Origin: an archaeon
GTDB taxonomy: Archaea > Aenigmatarchaeota > Aenigmatarchaeia > Aenigmatarchaeales > JACQIB01
Length of the DNA stretch: 64,000 nucleotides
Assembly: GCA_035291225.1 (NCBI GenBank)
Contig: DATDSO010000010.1
Span: 11,163-75,162 of the forward strand
Direction: 5' to 3'
This document shows, piece by piece, positions 51,000-59,424 of the stretch (positions within the stretch are counted from its first letter, which is position 1; every line of letters starts with the position of its first letter). Both the position numbers and the translations under genes were made by a program. The notes beneath the pieces were generated by a model. It made no database searches. It was not told the DNA's origin and worked only from the letters and a program-made list of their open reading frames with translations.

Positions 51000-51317
51000 A
51001 TGGTTTTCAGGAGAAAATTTAACAGGGGGCATTTCAAGCGCCACAAAGCCGAGGAGCGCAACCAAATAGCTTTTGAAAGGGTGCAAACTCTCTCACAAAT
51101 AATTTTGGGGAATCCTGCCAGCCTCCACGCGCCACGCCATATGAAAACGATTTCTGCTATTTGCAGAAAAAATAAAGTTCCATTTCCGCGCGCTTTTGCG
51201 AACAGAACCTGCGGGAAGTGTGGAAGATATTTGGCTGCCGGAAAAACTTTCTTTTTCAGAATAAAGAAAGGCAAACCGATGAAAATTTGCATATGCAGAA
51301 ATATTTTGAAGAAATAA
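51000..51317 (+). CDS. RNase P protein component 4 (Rpr2/RPP21-like)
   Basis: Basic 105-aa protein; ..RHMKTISAICRKNKVPFPRAFANRTCGKCGRYLAAGKTFFFRIKKGK..ICICRNI fits the Rpr2 helical N-terminus plus zinc ribbon. Confidence 0.5.
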   Translation: MVFRRKFNRGHFKRHKAEERNQIAFERVQTLSQIILGNPASLHAPRHMKTISAICRKNKVPFPRAFANRTCGKCGRYLAAGKTFFFRIKKGKPMKICICRNILKK

Positions 51318-51647
51318 TCATAAATTTTTCTGCTTTGAAAAATAATAGAAAATCAAAATTCCTAAGCCGTTTGCAGCCATGTCCAATAAGTCGAACTCCC
51401 TACCAAAAGTCGGTTGGATAAATTCTAGCAGCACTCCAAGAAAAAATGCCGCGCCTAAAAATTTTTTATCAGAGAAGCCGCGCCATAAGACAAATGCAAA
51501 TCCATAGTAGAGGGACATATGTAAAATTTTGTCTATGTTAAAAGTTGGGGGACCGGGAGGAACTTGTGTAAATGAGGCTGCAATCACAAGAATAGTGTAA
51601 ATAACCGAGAGTGTGCGGAAGTCTGCCGGAGCATAGTCATTTAGCAT
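51318..51647 (-). CDS. VanZ-like membrane protein
   Basis: ..KILHMSLYYGFAFVLW.., ..LLEFIQPTFGREFDLLDMAANGLGILIF.. Confidence 0.55.
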   Translation of the reverse strand: MLNDYAPADFRTLSVIYTILVIAASFTQVPPGPPTFNIDKILHMSLYYGFAFVLWRGFSDKKFLGAAFFLGVLLEFIQPTFGREFDLLDMAANGLGILIFYYFSKQKNL

Positions 51648-51698
51648 ATTTTCTTTTGTTTCGGAATGCTTTTAAATCTTGGATTTCTTTAGTATTGA

Positions 51699-51983
51699 AT
51701 GCCAGTTTCATCCGCCCCTTACACAAGAAAGTATGAGCACACAGCGAGCCGCGGGCATGAAGGTTTGGTAACTTGCGGATACTGCGGCAGGCAAGTCCCG
51801 CGATATAAAACTTTTACGAAATTCAAAGGGTTCCGCATAAATGACCCGACAATTCTTGCGGCTGTTGACCGCTCGCAAATGCATTTCTTTCAGCAGAAAA
51901 TGTATGTATGCCCGAGCTGCGCAAGGTTTCATAAGATTGTGCAGAGAGGGAAAACGAAAATGAAGAGCCATATGAACCGCTGA
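51699..51983 (+). CDS. rps26e: 30S ribosomal protein S26e (eS26)
   Basis: ..SRGHEGLVTCGYCGRQVPRYKTFTKF...YVCPSCARFHKIVQRGK parallels eukaryotic [26 protein letters not shown]...YCVSCAIHSKVVRNR. Confidence 0.65.
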   Translation: MPVSSAPYTRKYEHTASRGHEGLVTCGYCGRQVPRYKTFTKFKGFRINDPTILAAVDRSQMHFFQQKMYVCPSCARFHKIVQRGKTKMKSHMNR

Positions 51984-52027
51984 AAGCACCTTTAAAAATC
52001 TCAAATTCTAATAGCTTTTGTGATAAA

Positions 52028-52354
52028 ATGAAAATACTTGAAGTCAGAGCAGTGCCTGCGGCTGAGGCGAAAGAGGTTTTGCTAGCAAGAGAAAAAGAGA
52101 AAGAGCTGGGCTATGAACAGAAATTGGCAGCTGAACATTTGAAAAAATTCGCGCGCTTGAAAGCGGAAGATTCAAAAAAACTTGTTTCTGAACTTGATTC
52201 GGTTGTAAAAATGAGCCCAGATACGCTCGCGCAAGTTGTAAACCTGCTGCCGAAAACGGCTGAAGAGCTGAGGCTAATCTTCGCAAAGGAAAAATTCAAT
52301 CCTTCTGAAGAAGAGATAAAAAAAATCCTCGACGCAGTAAAAAAAGTTGCGTAA
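52028..52354 (+). CDS. rpoF: DNA-directed RNA polymerase subunit F (Rpo4)
   Basis: 108 aa. ..EAKEVLLAREKEKELGYEQKLAAEHLKKFARLKAEDSKKLVSEL..; conserved neighbourhood rpoF-DUF655-ksgA. Confidence 0.65.
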   Translation: MKILEVRAVPAAEAKEVLLAREKEKELGYEQKLAAEHLKKFARLKAEDSKKLVSELDSVVKMSPDTLAQVVNLLPKTAEELRLIFAKEKFNPSEEEIKKILDAVKKVA

Positions 52355-52369
52355 GTTTTTGGTGATTCT

Positions 52370-52927
52370 ATGAGAGATGATTATTGTGTAGTTTTAGATT
52401 TTTTGCCAAAGGGGCATGCGGCATGGAAAAGGCCTGAACCAATCGCACAGTGTATTGGGGAAAAATATTTCGCTTTGCTTGAGATTGTTCCGCGCGAGGG
52501 AATTGTTTTGAAAAACGGGGATAAAGTTTACATTGGAGATGCTGAGCGCAAAGAGGTGGAAAGAATAAAGAGAAGGATTTCCGAAAAAGAGCTCACAACT
52601 TTTGCGCGCAATGAGCTGCCGTTTATTGTTGAAAAAATTGTGAAAGAGAATGAAGCGCGGTTTGTTGGTTTCGTGAATACGGCGCAGCCGGTTTCAACGC
52701 GCGTGCACCAGCTAGAGCTTTTGCCAGGAATTGGAAAAAAGCATATGTGGGATATAATTGGAGAGAGGAAGAAAGGGCCGTTCAAAAACTTTGAGGATTT
52801 GAAAGCGCGTGTAAAGCTTTTGCCTGAGCCTGTTGGAATGTTCCAGAAAAGGATTCTGCAGGAAATTGAAAATGAGAATGAAAGGTTTAGATTATTTGCT
52901 ATTGGGCCGCCGAGGAAAGAATTCTGA
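52370..52927 (+). CDS. DUF655 putative RNA-binding protein
   Basis: ..CVVLDFLPKGH..PIAQCIGEKYFALLEIVP.., ..ELTTFARNELPFIVEKIVKENEARFVGFVN.., ..HQLELLPGIGKK.. Confidence 0.7.
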   Translation: MRDDYCVVLDFLPKGHAAWKRPEPIAQCIGEKYFALLEIVPREGIVLKNGDKVYIGDAERKEVERIKRRISEKELTTFARNELPFIVEKIVKENEARFVGFVNTAQPVSTRVHQLELLPGIGKKHMWDIIGERKKGPFKNFEDLKARVKLLPEPVGMFQKRILQEIENENERFRLFAIGPPRKEF

Positions 52928-52967
52928 GAAATAATTTATTTAAATATCTTTAGTGTGAGATTGGTCT

Positions 52968-53873
52968 ATGAAATTTTTTGCTGTTGATGATACCGGTATA
53001 GATCCGTTTAGAGAGTCCGGTGAGATAGATGCTGAATTAGTCAAATCTATAGCTGGCTTAGTTTCATCGGAGACCGATATTTCTGATGTAGTTTCAGGAT
53101 TGAAAGAACGAGGAGATGTTGTGAGAGATTTTACTGAATTATCAAGAGAGGCTTCAGACGGGATTGGAGATATTTGGAAGAGAGAATTTTCGGATGTTAA
53201 TATGGCAACTCCTCCCGCCCAAGAGTGCGGCATCATTGTAAGAATGATGATGGCGGAAGCAATCCACTTAGATTCAACCGGCGCTGTAATGCTTTCTGAT
53301 GGTGGCTCTGCAGCATTCCCTTATAGGAAAACTATCTTGCTGCCAAAAGAAAGAATGGAAAAAAAGTCAGTTTCTCCGTGGACTAGATATCATGCACTAA
53401 CAACAACTATGAGACTTTCGGACTTTATGATGCAGCATCAAGTTAGAGGGGAATATGGGGAAAATGTTGCTCGGTCAAACCAAGATATTGAAAAGTGCGT
53501 TGGAACTTTTAGGGCCGCAGTAGCTCAATTGGACATGGAATCTGCGTCGAAAAAAAATCCGAGGCTGGCACCCTATGTGGTTGATGTTAAGAAGAGAATT
53601 CTGGCAGGTGGAAGCGCGCCGGGCTATACAACTCTAAGAGCCTATATGGCAGCTTTGTCTATGAAAACCTTTGGAATTGATCCGCAAACAGTTTGTAAAG
53701 TGGATTACGCGGACTTTTCCGACGGTAGATTAGTAATGGGATTTGATCACGGCAGGCCTACTTATGGCAATAGAGTAGAAGCAGTTAGATCAAGATTGGA
53801 CGCGTATGGAATAGAACATATAGAAGTTTCTCCTCTCCCATGGAGCCCTCAGCGGGATATTGGGTATTCTTAA
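52968..53873 (+). CDS. Hypothetical protein inserted between DUF655 gene and ksgA
   Basis: 301-aa ORF; no family recognised. Visually atypical codon and composition pattern. Confidence 0.5.
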   Translation: MKFFAVDDTGIDPFRESGEIDAELVKSIAGLVSSETDISDVVSGLKERGDVVRDFTELSREASDGIGDIWKREFSDVNMATPPAQECGIIVRMMMAEAIHLDSTGAVMLSDGGSAAFPYRKTILLPKERMEKKSVSPWTRYHALTTTMRLSDFMMQHQVRGEYGENVARSNQDIEKCVGTFRAAVAQLDMESASKKNPRLAPYVVDVKKRILAGGSAPGYTTLRAYMAALSMKTFGIDPQTVCKVDYADFSDGRLVMGFDHGRPTYGNRVEAVRSRLDAYGIEHIEVSPLPWSPQRDIGYS

Positions 53874-53895
53874 AACTTCAAAATCAAATAAGTTC

Positions 53896-54621
53896 ATGCC
53901 TAAAAAATTTCTTAGCCAGAATTTTCTGAATGACAATAATTTAGCAGAGAGGCTTGCGGGCTATGCGGGAATTTTTTCTTCTGAAATAGTTTTGGAAATC
54001 GGGCCTGGGCATGGAATTATTACAAGGGCGTTGTGCGAGCGGGCTGGAAAAGTAATTGCTGTTGAAAAAGACAAGTTGCTGGCAGAGAGGTTGGAAGAGA
54101 AAAAATTTCCTAATATAGAAATTATTTGCGCAGATATTCTGGATTTTGATTTCGCGCGCGTGGACAAAATTGTCGCAAACATTCCATTTAAAATTTCTTC
54201 CGCAATTCTTGAGAAGATTTTTGAGAGCAAAAAGCCTGCTGTTTTGATTTTGCAGAAAGAGTTTGCTGAAAGGCTTACAATAAAAGCCGGCGACAGGAAT
54301 TATTCTCGGCTGAGCGTGGCTGCGCAGTTTTTTTCTGACTGTAAAATTCTGGAAAAGGTTTCAGCGAAAAAGTTCAAGCCAAAGCCCCGCGTGGACGCGG
54401 CTGTTGTGAGAATTTTGCCGAAAGAGCCTGCGTTTCCTGCTGATAAAAATTTCTGGAAAATCGTAGATGCGCTTTTCAGGCACAAGAAAAAAATTGTGCG
54501 CGCGGCTTTGAGAGATGAGAAAATAAGAATTGACTTGCCAAAGGATCTTGCGGAGAAGAGAGTGTTCTGCTGCGATTTAGAAGATTTGAAAGAGATTTGT
54601 GAAAATATTTCCGCACAATGA
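53896..54621 (+). CDS. ksgA: 16S rRNA (adenine1518/1519-N6)-dimethyltransferase KsgA/Dim1
   Basis: ..LSQNFLNDNNLAERL.., VLEIGPGHGIITRAL, VIAVEKD, ANIPFKISS. Confidence 0.85.
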   Translation: MPKKFLSQNFLNDNNLAERLAGYAGIFSSEIVLEIGPGHGIITRALCERAGKVIAVEKDKLLAERLEEKKFPNIEIICADILDFDFARVDKIVANIPFKISSAILEKIFESKKPAVLILQKEFAERLTIKAGDRNYSRLSVAAQFFSDCKILEKVSAKKFKPKPRVDAAVVRILPKEPAFPADKNFWKIVDALFRHKKKIVRAALRDEKIRIDLPKDLAEKRVFCCDLEDLKEICENISAQ

Positions 54622-54662
54622 AGAGCTTGCCGCACCCTTCTATTATGAAAAATATTTTTCTT

Positions 54663-54710
54663 AACACATATTTTAGCGAGGCTCGCGAGTTTACTCCGCG
54701 CCGAGCAAGC
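54663..54710 (+). repeat. GC-rich hairpin repeat, copy e4
   Basis: AACACATATTTTAGCGAGGCTCGCGAGTTTACTCCGCGCCGAGCAAGC. Abuts TATA CTATAAAA (54710-54717) of gene 54741. Confidence 0.7.
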
Positions 54711-54740
54711 TATAAAAATTCTAAATGTAAAACATAATTC

Positions 54741-55139
54741 ATGCCAATCTGCCCCAACTGCAAAAAAGATTCTCTGATTTATGTCCCATGGCTCGGTCAG
54801 ATGTGGAAATGCAGAAAGTGCGAGTATCAGGGACCGATAGTTATTGAAATGAATGAGCGTGCTTTGCAGAGCCTGCTTAGAAAAATTCCTAGAGGGAAAG
54901 TTACAACTTACAAAATTCTTGCGAAAAAATTAGGAGTGCATCAGCGCGCAGTTGCTGGAATGCTGAGAAAAAATGACCCGAAAGCTGCGCCCTGCTACAA
55001 GGTTGTTGCTTCTGATGGAAAAATCGGTGGGTATTCTGGCACGGGCGGGGTTAAGAGGAAAATTTCTTTGCTGCGCGCAGATGGGATTGAAATTGAGAAG
55101 GGAAAAATTGATTTAAGACGCTTTCTATTTGTGTTCTGA
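54741..55139 (+). CDS. MGMT-family protein (O6-alkylguanine-DNA alkyltransferase DNA-binding domain) with N-terminal zinc ribbon
   Basis: CPNC...CRKC ribbon; ..IPRGKVTTYKILAKKLGVHQRAVAGMLRKN..APCYKVV..: active-site-like PCYKV instead of PCHRV. Confidence 0.7.
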   Translation: MPICPNCKKDSLIYVPWLGQMWKCRKCEYQGPIVIEMNERALQSLLRKIPRGKVTTYKILAKKLGVHQRAVAGMLRKNDPKAAPCYKVVASDGKIGGYSGTGGVKRKISLLRADGIEIEKGKIDLRRFLFVF

Positions 55140-55213
55140 ATCTTCACTATTTTAAGGTGGCAAAAGCTTTATATACTGGCTCTGCCTATTGTTATTAGGC
55201 TTTAGTGATTATA

Positions 55214-55462
55214 ATGGCTTTAGTTAAATCCGGCTCGCGCAGGGTTCCTATTGGGTTTGAGAACAGGCTTCAGTTCAACGGGCCATTCTATGCGCGCGTT
55301 GACATGAAAAGGCCTGCTGTCCAGAGAGTTGGAGATAATGTAAAGAAATGCTTTTTTTGGGAAGGAACCAAGCAATGCTTGAACGTGCAGTGTTTTTGGA
55401 AAAGCGTTGGGACTTGCTCTGTTTATAATAGAATTAATGGAAAGAGAAGGGTTGCGAAATAG
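55214..55462 (+). CDS. Hypothetical small basic protein (82 aa)
   Basis: TATA 55167-55176, GTGAT SD-like, ATG 55214. No family recognised. Competes with a long antisense ORF judged spurious. Confidence 0.35.
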   Translation: MALVKSGSRRVPIGFENRLQFNGPFYARVDMKRPAVQRVGDNVKKCFFWEGTKQCLNVQCFWKSVGTCSVYNRINGKRRVAK

Positions 55463-55475
55463 GTTTGTGATTTTT

Positions 55476-55751
55476 ATGCCTGAAGTAAAATTTTTTGAAA
55501 ACAAAATTTTCATTGATAATACTGTTCTGGAAAAACAACAAGCTCTGCTTTTCCTTGAAGCTTTCAAGAAAATGAAAGAGCATTTACAGAAAAATCCAGA
55601 TGAGAAAGGCGTGAAAAAAATAGTTGTTGAAAATAAAATGTTTGATTTCAATGTCGGTGGGAAAGTTGGAGTTGCTTCTGTTTTTGCTGATGAAATACTG
55701 ACAAGGGAAGAGCTGGATGCGCTTGAAATGAATGAAGGGTTGCTGAAATAA
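55476..55751 (+). CDS. Hypothetical small protein (91 aa)
   Basis: GTGATTTTT-ATG start context; K/E-rich like the host proteins. No family recognised. Confidence 0.4.
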   Translation: MPEVKFFENKIFIDNTVLEKQQALLFLEAFKKMKEHLQKNPDEKGVKKIVVENKMFDFNVGGKVGVASVFADEILTREELDALEMNEGLLK

Positions 55752-56054
55752 TTTTGGTGAAAAACATGGACGGCCATTCAAGAAAACTTAATGCTGCGAT
55801 GGAAGGTAGAGGAAGTAATAGAAGTTTAAGGAAATATGGTGCTCAAGTTTATATGAAAACTACATCGCCAGATGCGGAAGAGATTTTATAATTCTTTTCA
55901 AAAAAACCAAAAGAGGTGAAAAAATGTCATTCAAAAAAATTCAGCAAGTTTTCGCCAGTATGGTTAAGAAAATAACAAAAATGTTTTGAATTTTTTAATT
56001 TTTTCTTTTCTTATTTTTAATCAAAGGGTTCTAAAAAATCTTTTGCCTAAACAG

Positions 56055-57140
56055 TTAAGCCATGGACTCCAGAACTTCCTTCAAGCCCGCATCAGTCCGG
56101 ATAGCTGTCGGGCACAAGTAAGTTCTTTCTGCTGAAAATTTTCTCTTTTTCAAATTGAAAATAACTTTTTCTATAGGTTGGGAATTTTTCTTGTGGAGCT
56201 TGCAGAGCAAATTCATTTCGTAATAAAACGGCTGTGTGGATTCTTCTGTTAGAGAGCGCAGCAATTTTATTTCTGCTCCGGCTTTTTTGAAATTTCTTTT
56301 TTTGATTTCATCTGAAACAGCAGAGCAAAATTCTTTTTCATTTACTTTTCCCAAGTAAATTGGGCCGAGAATTTCTGTCTGGCTGCCGCAGAAATCGCAG
56401 ATGTTCTCTGAGCCTGTTTTTCTGTTCGCGCATTTTCTGCAGTAGCTTACAAAATTAATTTGCTTCAAAAGCTTTTCAATTTCGCCTGCGTGCGCGATTT
56501 TTCCAAAAATTCTGTAGTAGTGCTTGTGTGAAAAGGAAAGAACAGGAATAAAGGCGCGGTCCCATTTTGCGAAAGTTAGAATTGAAAAAGTTATCAGGCT
56601 GCGCAAACCAAGCTCTTGGTAGAAATCTGTTTTCCGCAAAAGCAGCCCGTATTTTCTCAAGCCGGCAAAAGGCTTTGAGCCGCACAAGGCAGCGGTATCG
56701 GTTGCTGTTGTCCCAACAAAGCCTTTGTGGAAAATTGCGTTCGCTGCCCCATCCACAAATTGCGCTGGCGAGCCAAAAGGATCTAAATCTATGAAATCAA
56801 AAACTTTTCCAGAAAAAAATAATTTATTTGCATCTGACCAATTTGCTTTGCAAACTTTTTGCAGTTTGTTCAGAGAAATATTTTTCTTTATCGCCCGCAC
56901 GGCAATTGGATTGCTGTCATTCAGCAAAACTTCTTTTACTCCGGAAATTTCTTTTGCGTATCTGAGTCCGCGGATTCCGGTTGCTGAAAGCGCGTCGCAT
57001 ACTGAAATTGGTTTTCCGAATTGCTTTTGCCATACAGCGAGCGCGGCAACTGAAATGTCGCGCACAAGCTCGGCATCGGGGTTGAAAAATGTTTTTTCGC
57101 CTGAAAAGATTTCAACTGAGCCTTCAAGGATTTTTTGCAT
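56055..57140 (-). CDS. trm1: tRNA (guanine26-N2)-dimethyltransferase Trm1
   Basis: ..ALSATGIRGLRYAKE.., ..NDSNPIAV.., IDLDPFGSPAQFVD, C-terminal CRKC..CDFCGS. ATG is 25.5 nt from TATA 57162-57169. Confidence 0.85.
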   Translation of the reverse strand: MQKILEGSVEIFSGEKTFFNPDAELVRDISVAALAVWQKQFGKPISVCDALSATGIRGLRYAKEISGVKEVLLNDSNPIAVRAIKKNISLNKLQKVCKANWSDANKLFFSGKVFDFIDLDPFGSPAQFVDGAANAIFHKGFVGTTATDTAALCGSKPFAGLRKYGLLLRKTDFYQELGLRSLITFSILTFAKWDRAFIPVLSFSHKHYYRIFGKIAHAGEIEKLLKQINFVSYCRKCANRKTGSENICDFCGSQTEILGPIYLGKVNEKEFCSAVSDEIKKRNFKKAGAEIKLLRSLTEESTQPFYYEMNLLCKLHKKNSQPIEKVIFNLKKRKFSAERTYLCPTAIRTDAGLKEVLESMA

Positions 57141-57173
57141 GTGGGGAATTCGCTGGCGAGCTTTAATAACATT

Positions 57174-57211
57174 TCACGAATGATTCGTAAGGCGATTGAC
57201 GAATTTCAGTG
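57174..57211 (-). repeat. Operator-like repeat, copy A (upstream of trm1 TATA)
   Basis: Minus strand: CTGAAATTCGTCAATCGCCTTACGAATCATTCGTG. Ends 5 nt upstream of the trm1 TATA. Confidence 0.7.
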
Positions 57212-57248
57212 GAAAGGTTTTAAAGGGGTTTGAAAGCTCTCAGGTGTT

Positions 57249-57440
57249 ATGGTAGAACTATCACTTGCAAAAGATCTTCATGAAAGTTTGTTAGGAAGGA
57301 ATGGAAGACCTCCGATAGCAAAGCCTACTACGCCTCCAGTTTATGTACAAGATGCGGATCCATCACTTCAGCAGACACAGCTGCCACCTTCGGGCGCGTC
57401 TGCTAAGCCAAGAGAAGCGCGAGAAAGATATTTTGACTGA
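57249..57440 (+). CDS. Hypothetical small Pro-rich protein (63 aa)
   Basis: ORF only; no family recognised. Confidence 0.3.
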   Translation: MVELSLAKDLHESLLGRNGRPPIAKPTTPPVYVQDADPSLQQTQLPPSGASAKPREARERYFD

Positions 57441-57501
57441 TTTTGCTTTTTGTCGTAGTTAAGCATATAAACTTTACTCCAAAATAAAAGTGAGAATAAT
57501 T

Positions 57502-58536
57502 ATGCAGCTAAACACAACAGAGCAATTCAAAAAAGTTCTTGCTGAAAAAAGAGAGATTGTCTGGGCTGAGATTCAGAAATTTTTGCCGAGTAAAGAGCCA
57601 AAAGAATTCTACAAAATCGTGCGCGAGTATCCTGAGAGAAAGGGAAAATATTTGCGCCCGAGTTTAGTTTTGCTTGCGTGCGAGGCTTTCGGCGGGGATC
57701 CGGCGAAAGCTGTCAGAACTGCGGCAGCAATGCAGACTTCTGAAGATTGGATTTTGATTCATGATGACTGGATGGACGGTTCGGATATGAGAAGGGAAAA
57801 ACCTTGCCTGCACAAAATTTACGGGGACTACCATGCGATAAATGCTGGCGATGCCTTGCACATGATAATGTGGAAAATGCTTTTGGACAATCATGAAGTT
57901 CTCGGATATGAAAAATCAATGGAAGTTGCGAATGAATTTTACAATATTCTTTTGACAACAGCAGAGGGCCAGTGGCTTGAGGGGGCTTGGATGCAGAGCG
58001 GAAACATTGCGCTGACTGATGAGGATTGGTTCAAGGTTGCTGACGCAAAAGCCGGATACTACACAATAACAGGGCCAATGAGATTGGGGGCAATTGTTGC
58101 GGGAAGAAATAAAGAAACGCTTGATAAACTTTTTGAATTTGGAATTCCATTCGGCCGCGCGTTCCAGTTGCAGGATGATATTTTGAATGTCGCGGGTGAT
58201 GAGAAAAAATACGGGAAGGAAATTGGAGGAGATATTCTGGAGGGCAAGCGCACGCTGATACTCGGGCATTTGATGAGAACTTGCGCGCCGCAAGAAAAAA
58301 AGAAAGTTGAAGAAATTTTTGCAAAGTCGCGGCCGCAGAAAACTGAAGAGGAAAAAAATTATGTTTTAGATTTAATGCGCAAGCATGGAAGCATTGATTA
58401 TGCGCGGGCTGTTGCGAAAAAACTTTCAGGCGAGGCAAAAGAAGTTTTTGAGAAAAATTTTCAGAGCCTGCCAGAAACAGAAGCAAAAAATAATTTGCGC
58501 CTTGCTGTAGATTTTGTTGTGAATAGGGATGTTTAA
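57502..58536 (+). CDS. idsA: Polyprenyl (geranylgeranyl) diphosphate synthase
   Basis: First Asp-rich motif ILIHDDWMDGSDMRR, second FQLQDDILNV. Alternative GTG start 57490. Confidence 0.85.
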   Translation: MQLNTTEQFKKVLAEKREIVWAEIQKFLPSKEPKEFYKIVREYPERKGKYLRPSLVLLACEAFGGDPAKAVRTAAAMQTSEDWILIHDDWMDGSDMRREKPCLHKIYGDYHAINAGDALHMIMWKMLLDNHEVLGYEKSMEVANEFYNILLTTAEGQWLEGAWMQSGNIALTDEDWFKVADAKAGYYTITGPMRLGAIVAGRNKETLDKLFEFGIPFGRAFQLQDDILNVAGDEKKYGKEIGGDILEGKRTLILGHLMRTCAPQEKKKVEEIFAKSRPQKTEEEKNYVLDLMRKHGSIDYARAVAKKLSGEAKEVFEKNFQSLPETEAKNNLRLAVDFVVNRDV

Positions 58537-58540
58537 ATTT

Positions 58541-58575
58541 TCTTCGTCAATCGCCTTGTTCGCAAATTGTCGTGG
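58541..58575 (+). repeat. Operator-like repeat, copy B (upstream of TATA 58581)
   Basis: TCTTCGTCAATCGCCTTGTTCGCAAATTGTCGTGG. Shares the 15-nt exact core TTCGTCAATCGCCTT with copy A. Ends 6 nt upstream of the TATA. Confidence 0.7.
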
Positions 58576-58609
58576 TTAGGTTTATAATTGGGTTTTTCTT
58601 TTCAAGTAA

Positions 58610-59395
58610 ATGGAAAAAGATTTGCGGTCAAGCATTCCAATCGGTGGCGGGGCTCCGCCTGCAGGATTTCCTTACAAAGCGCAAGAGCTGCCGTATGGAG
58701 CTAGAAGGATTGCGCCCGCTCTGCCTGAAAATGTTCAATATGGAGCCTCTGTAGAAAAAAGTGAAAGCGCAAGACTTTTAGTTCTTGATTTGACTGGGGT
58801 TCTTGTTCCCAAAGAAAGTTTGCTCGCGGCGCGGCTTTGCACAGAGCATAGGCCGCATTTGGTTTCTGCTGGAATGGAAATGCTCAGGAAATATGGAGGC
58901 GGCGCCATGACTGCAACTCAACTGATAGTAGGTTGTGGCTATATGCTGAAAGGATTGACGGAAGAGCAGGTAAGAGCGGGCGCGCGGAAAATTGAGCCTG
59001 CCGCAGGGGCGAGAGAATTTGTTTCTGCTGCGCGCGAGAGAGGTTTTATTCCGGCAATTATCACAAGCGACCTACAGGAGGCTGCTGAAAAAGTTGCTGG
59101 CGATTTGGGAATTCCGCAAGAGCTAGCAGTTGGGAATGTTGGAGTTTATAATTCTGGAGTTCATACAGGAGCTTTCAGAACTCCGTATGTCGCTGATGCT
59201 GGAAAAACTGCCACGGCAATTAGATTGAAGGAAAATGTTGGCGTGGCTGCTGTTGTTGCTGTTGGAGATGATTGGACAAATCAAGATTTGTTCGGAGCAT
59301 CGGATTTTTCTGTTGCTTTCAATGCGCCGCCTGGATTGGAGGCACATGCAAGAGTTTATGGCGGGTTTGATGAATTATTGGCTGCGCTTGATTAG
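58610..59395 (+). CDS. HAD-superfamily-like protein (phosphoserine-phosphatase-like fold, degenerate motif I)
   Basis: ..LLVLDLTGVLVP.. (DxT instead of DxDxT), ..AIITSD.., ..VVAVGDDWTNQDLF... ATG is 25.5 nt from TATA 58581-58588. GC-richer than its neighbours. Confidence 0.45.
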   Translation: MEKDLRSSIPIGGGAPPAGFPYKAQELPYGARRIAPALPENVQYGASVEKSESARLLVLDLTGVLVPKESLLAARLCTEHRPHLVSAGMEMLRKYGGGAMTATQLIVGCGYMLKGLTEEQVRAGARKIEPAAGAREFVSAARERGFIPAIITSDLQEAAEKVAGDLGIPQELAVGNVGVYNSGVHTGAFRTPYVADAGKTATAIRLKENVGVAAVVAVGDDWTNQDLFGASDFSVAFNAPPGLEAHARVYGGFDELLAALD

Positions 59396-59424
59396 TTTTT
59401 AAAGTTTTCGTGCGGATTGATTTT

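Noticed and set aside
33455-54710. Hairpin repeats e1-e4 as a CRISPR array or as C/D-box sRNAs
   Set aside because: The copies are kilobases apart, have no regular spacing and no cas genes are present, so this is not CRISPR. TGATG resembles a C box, but no D box (CTGA) lies at the 3' side and no C'/D' pair or guide-length spacing is present.
55220-55777. 185-aa minus-strand ORF
   Set aside because: Ser/Phe-rich low-complexity translation typical of antisense to K/E-rich genes, with no promoter or SD. The two plus-strand ORFs have TATA and GTGAT start contexts, although they themselves are low confidence.
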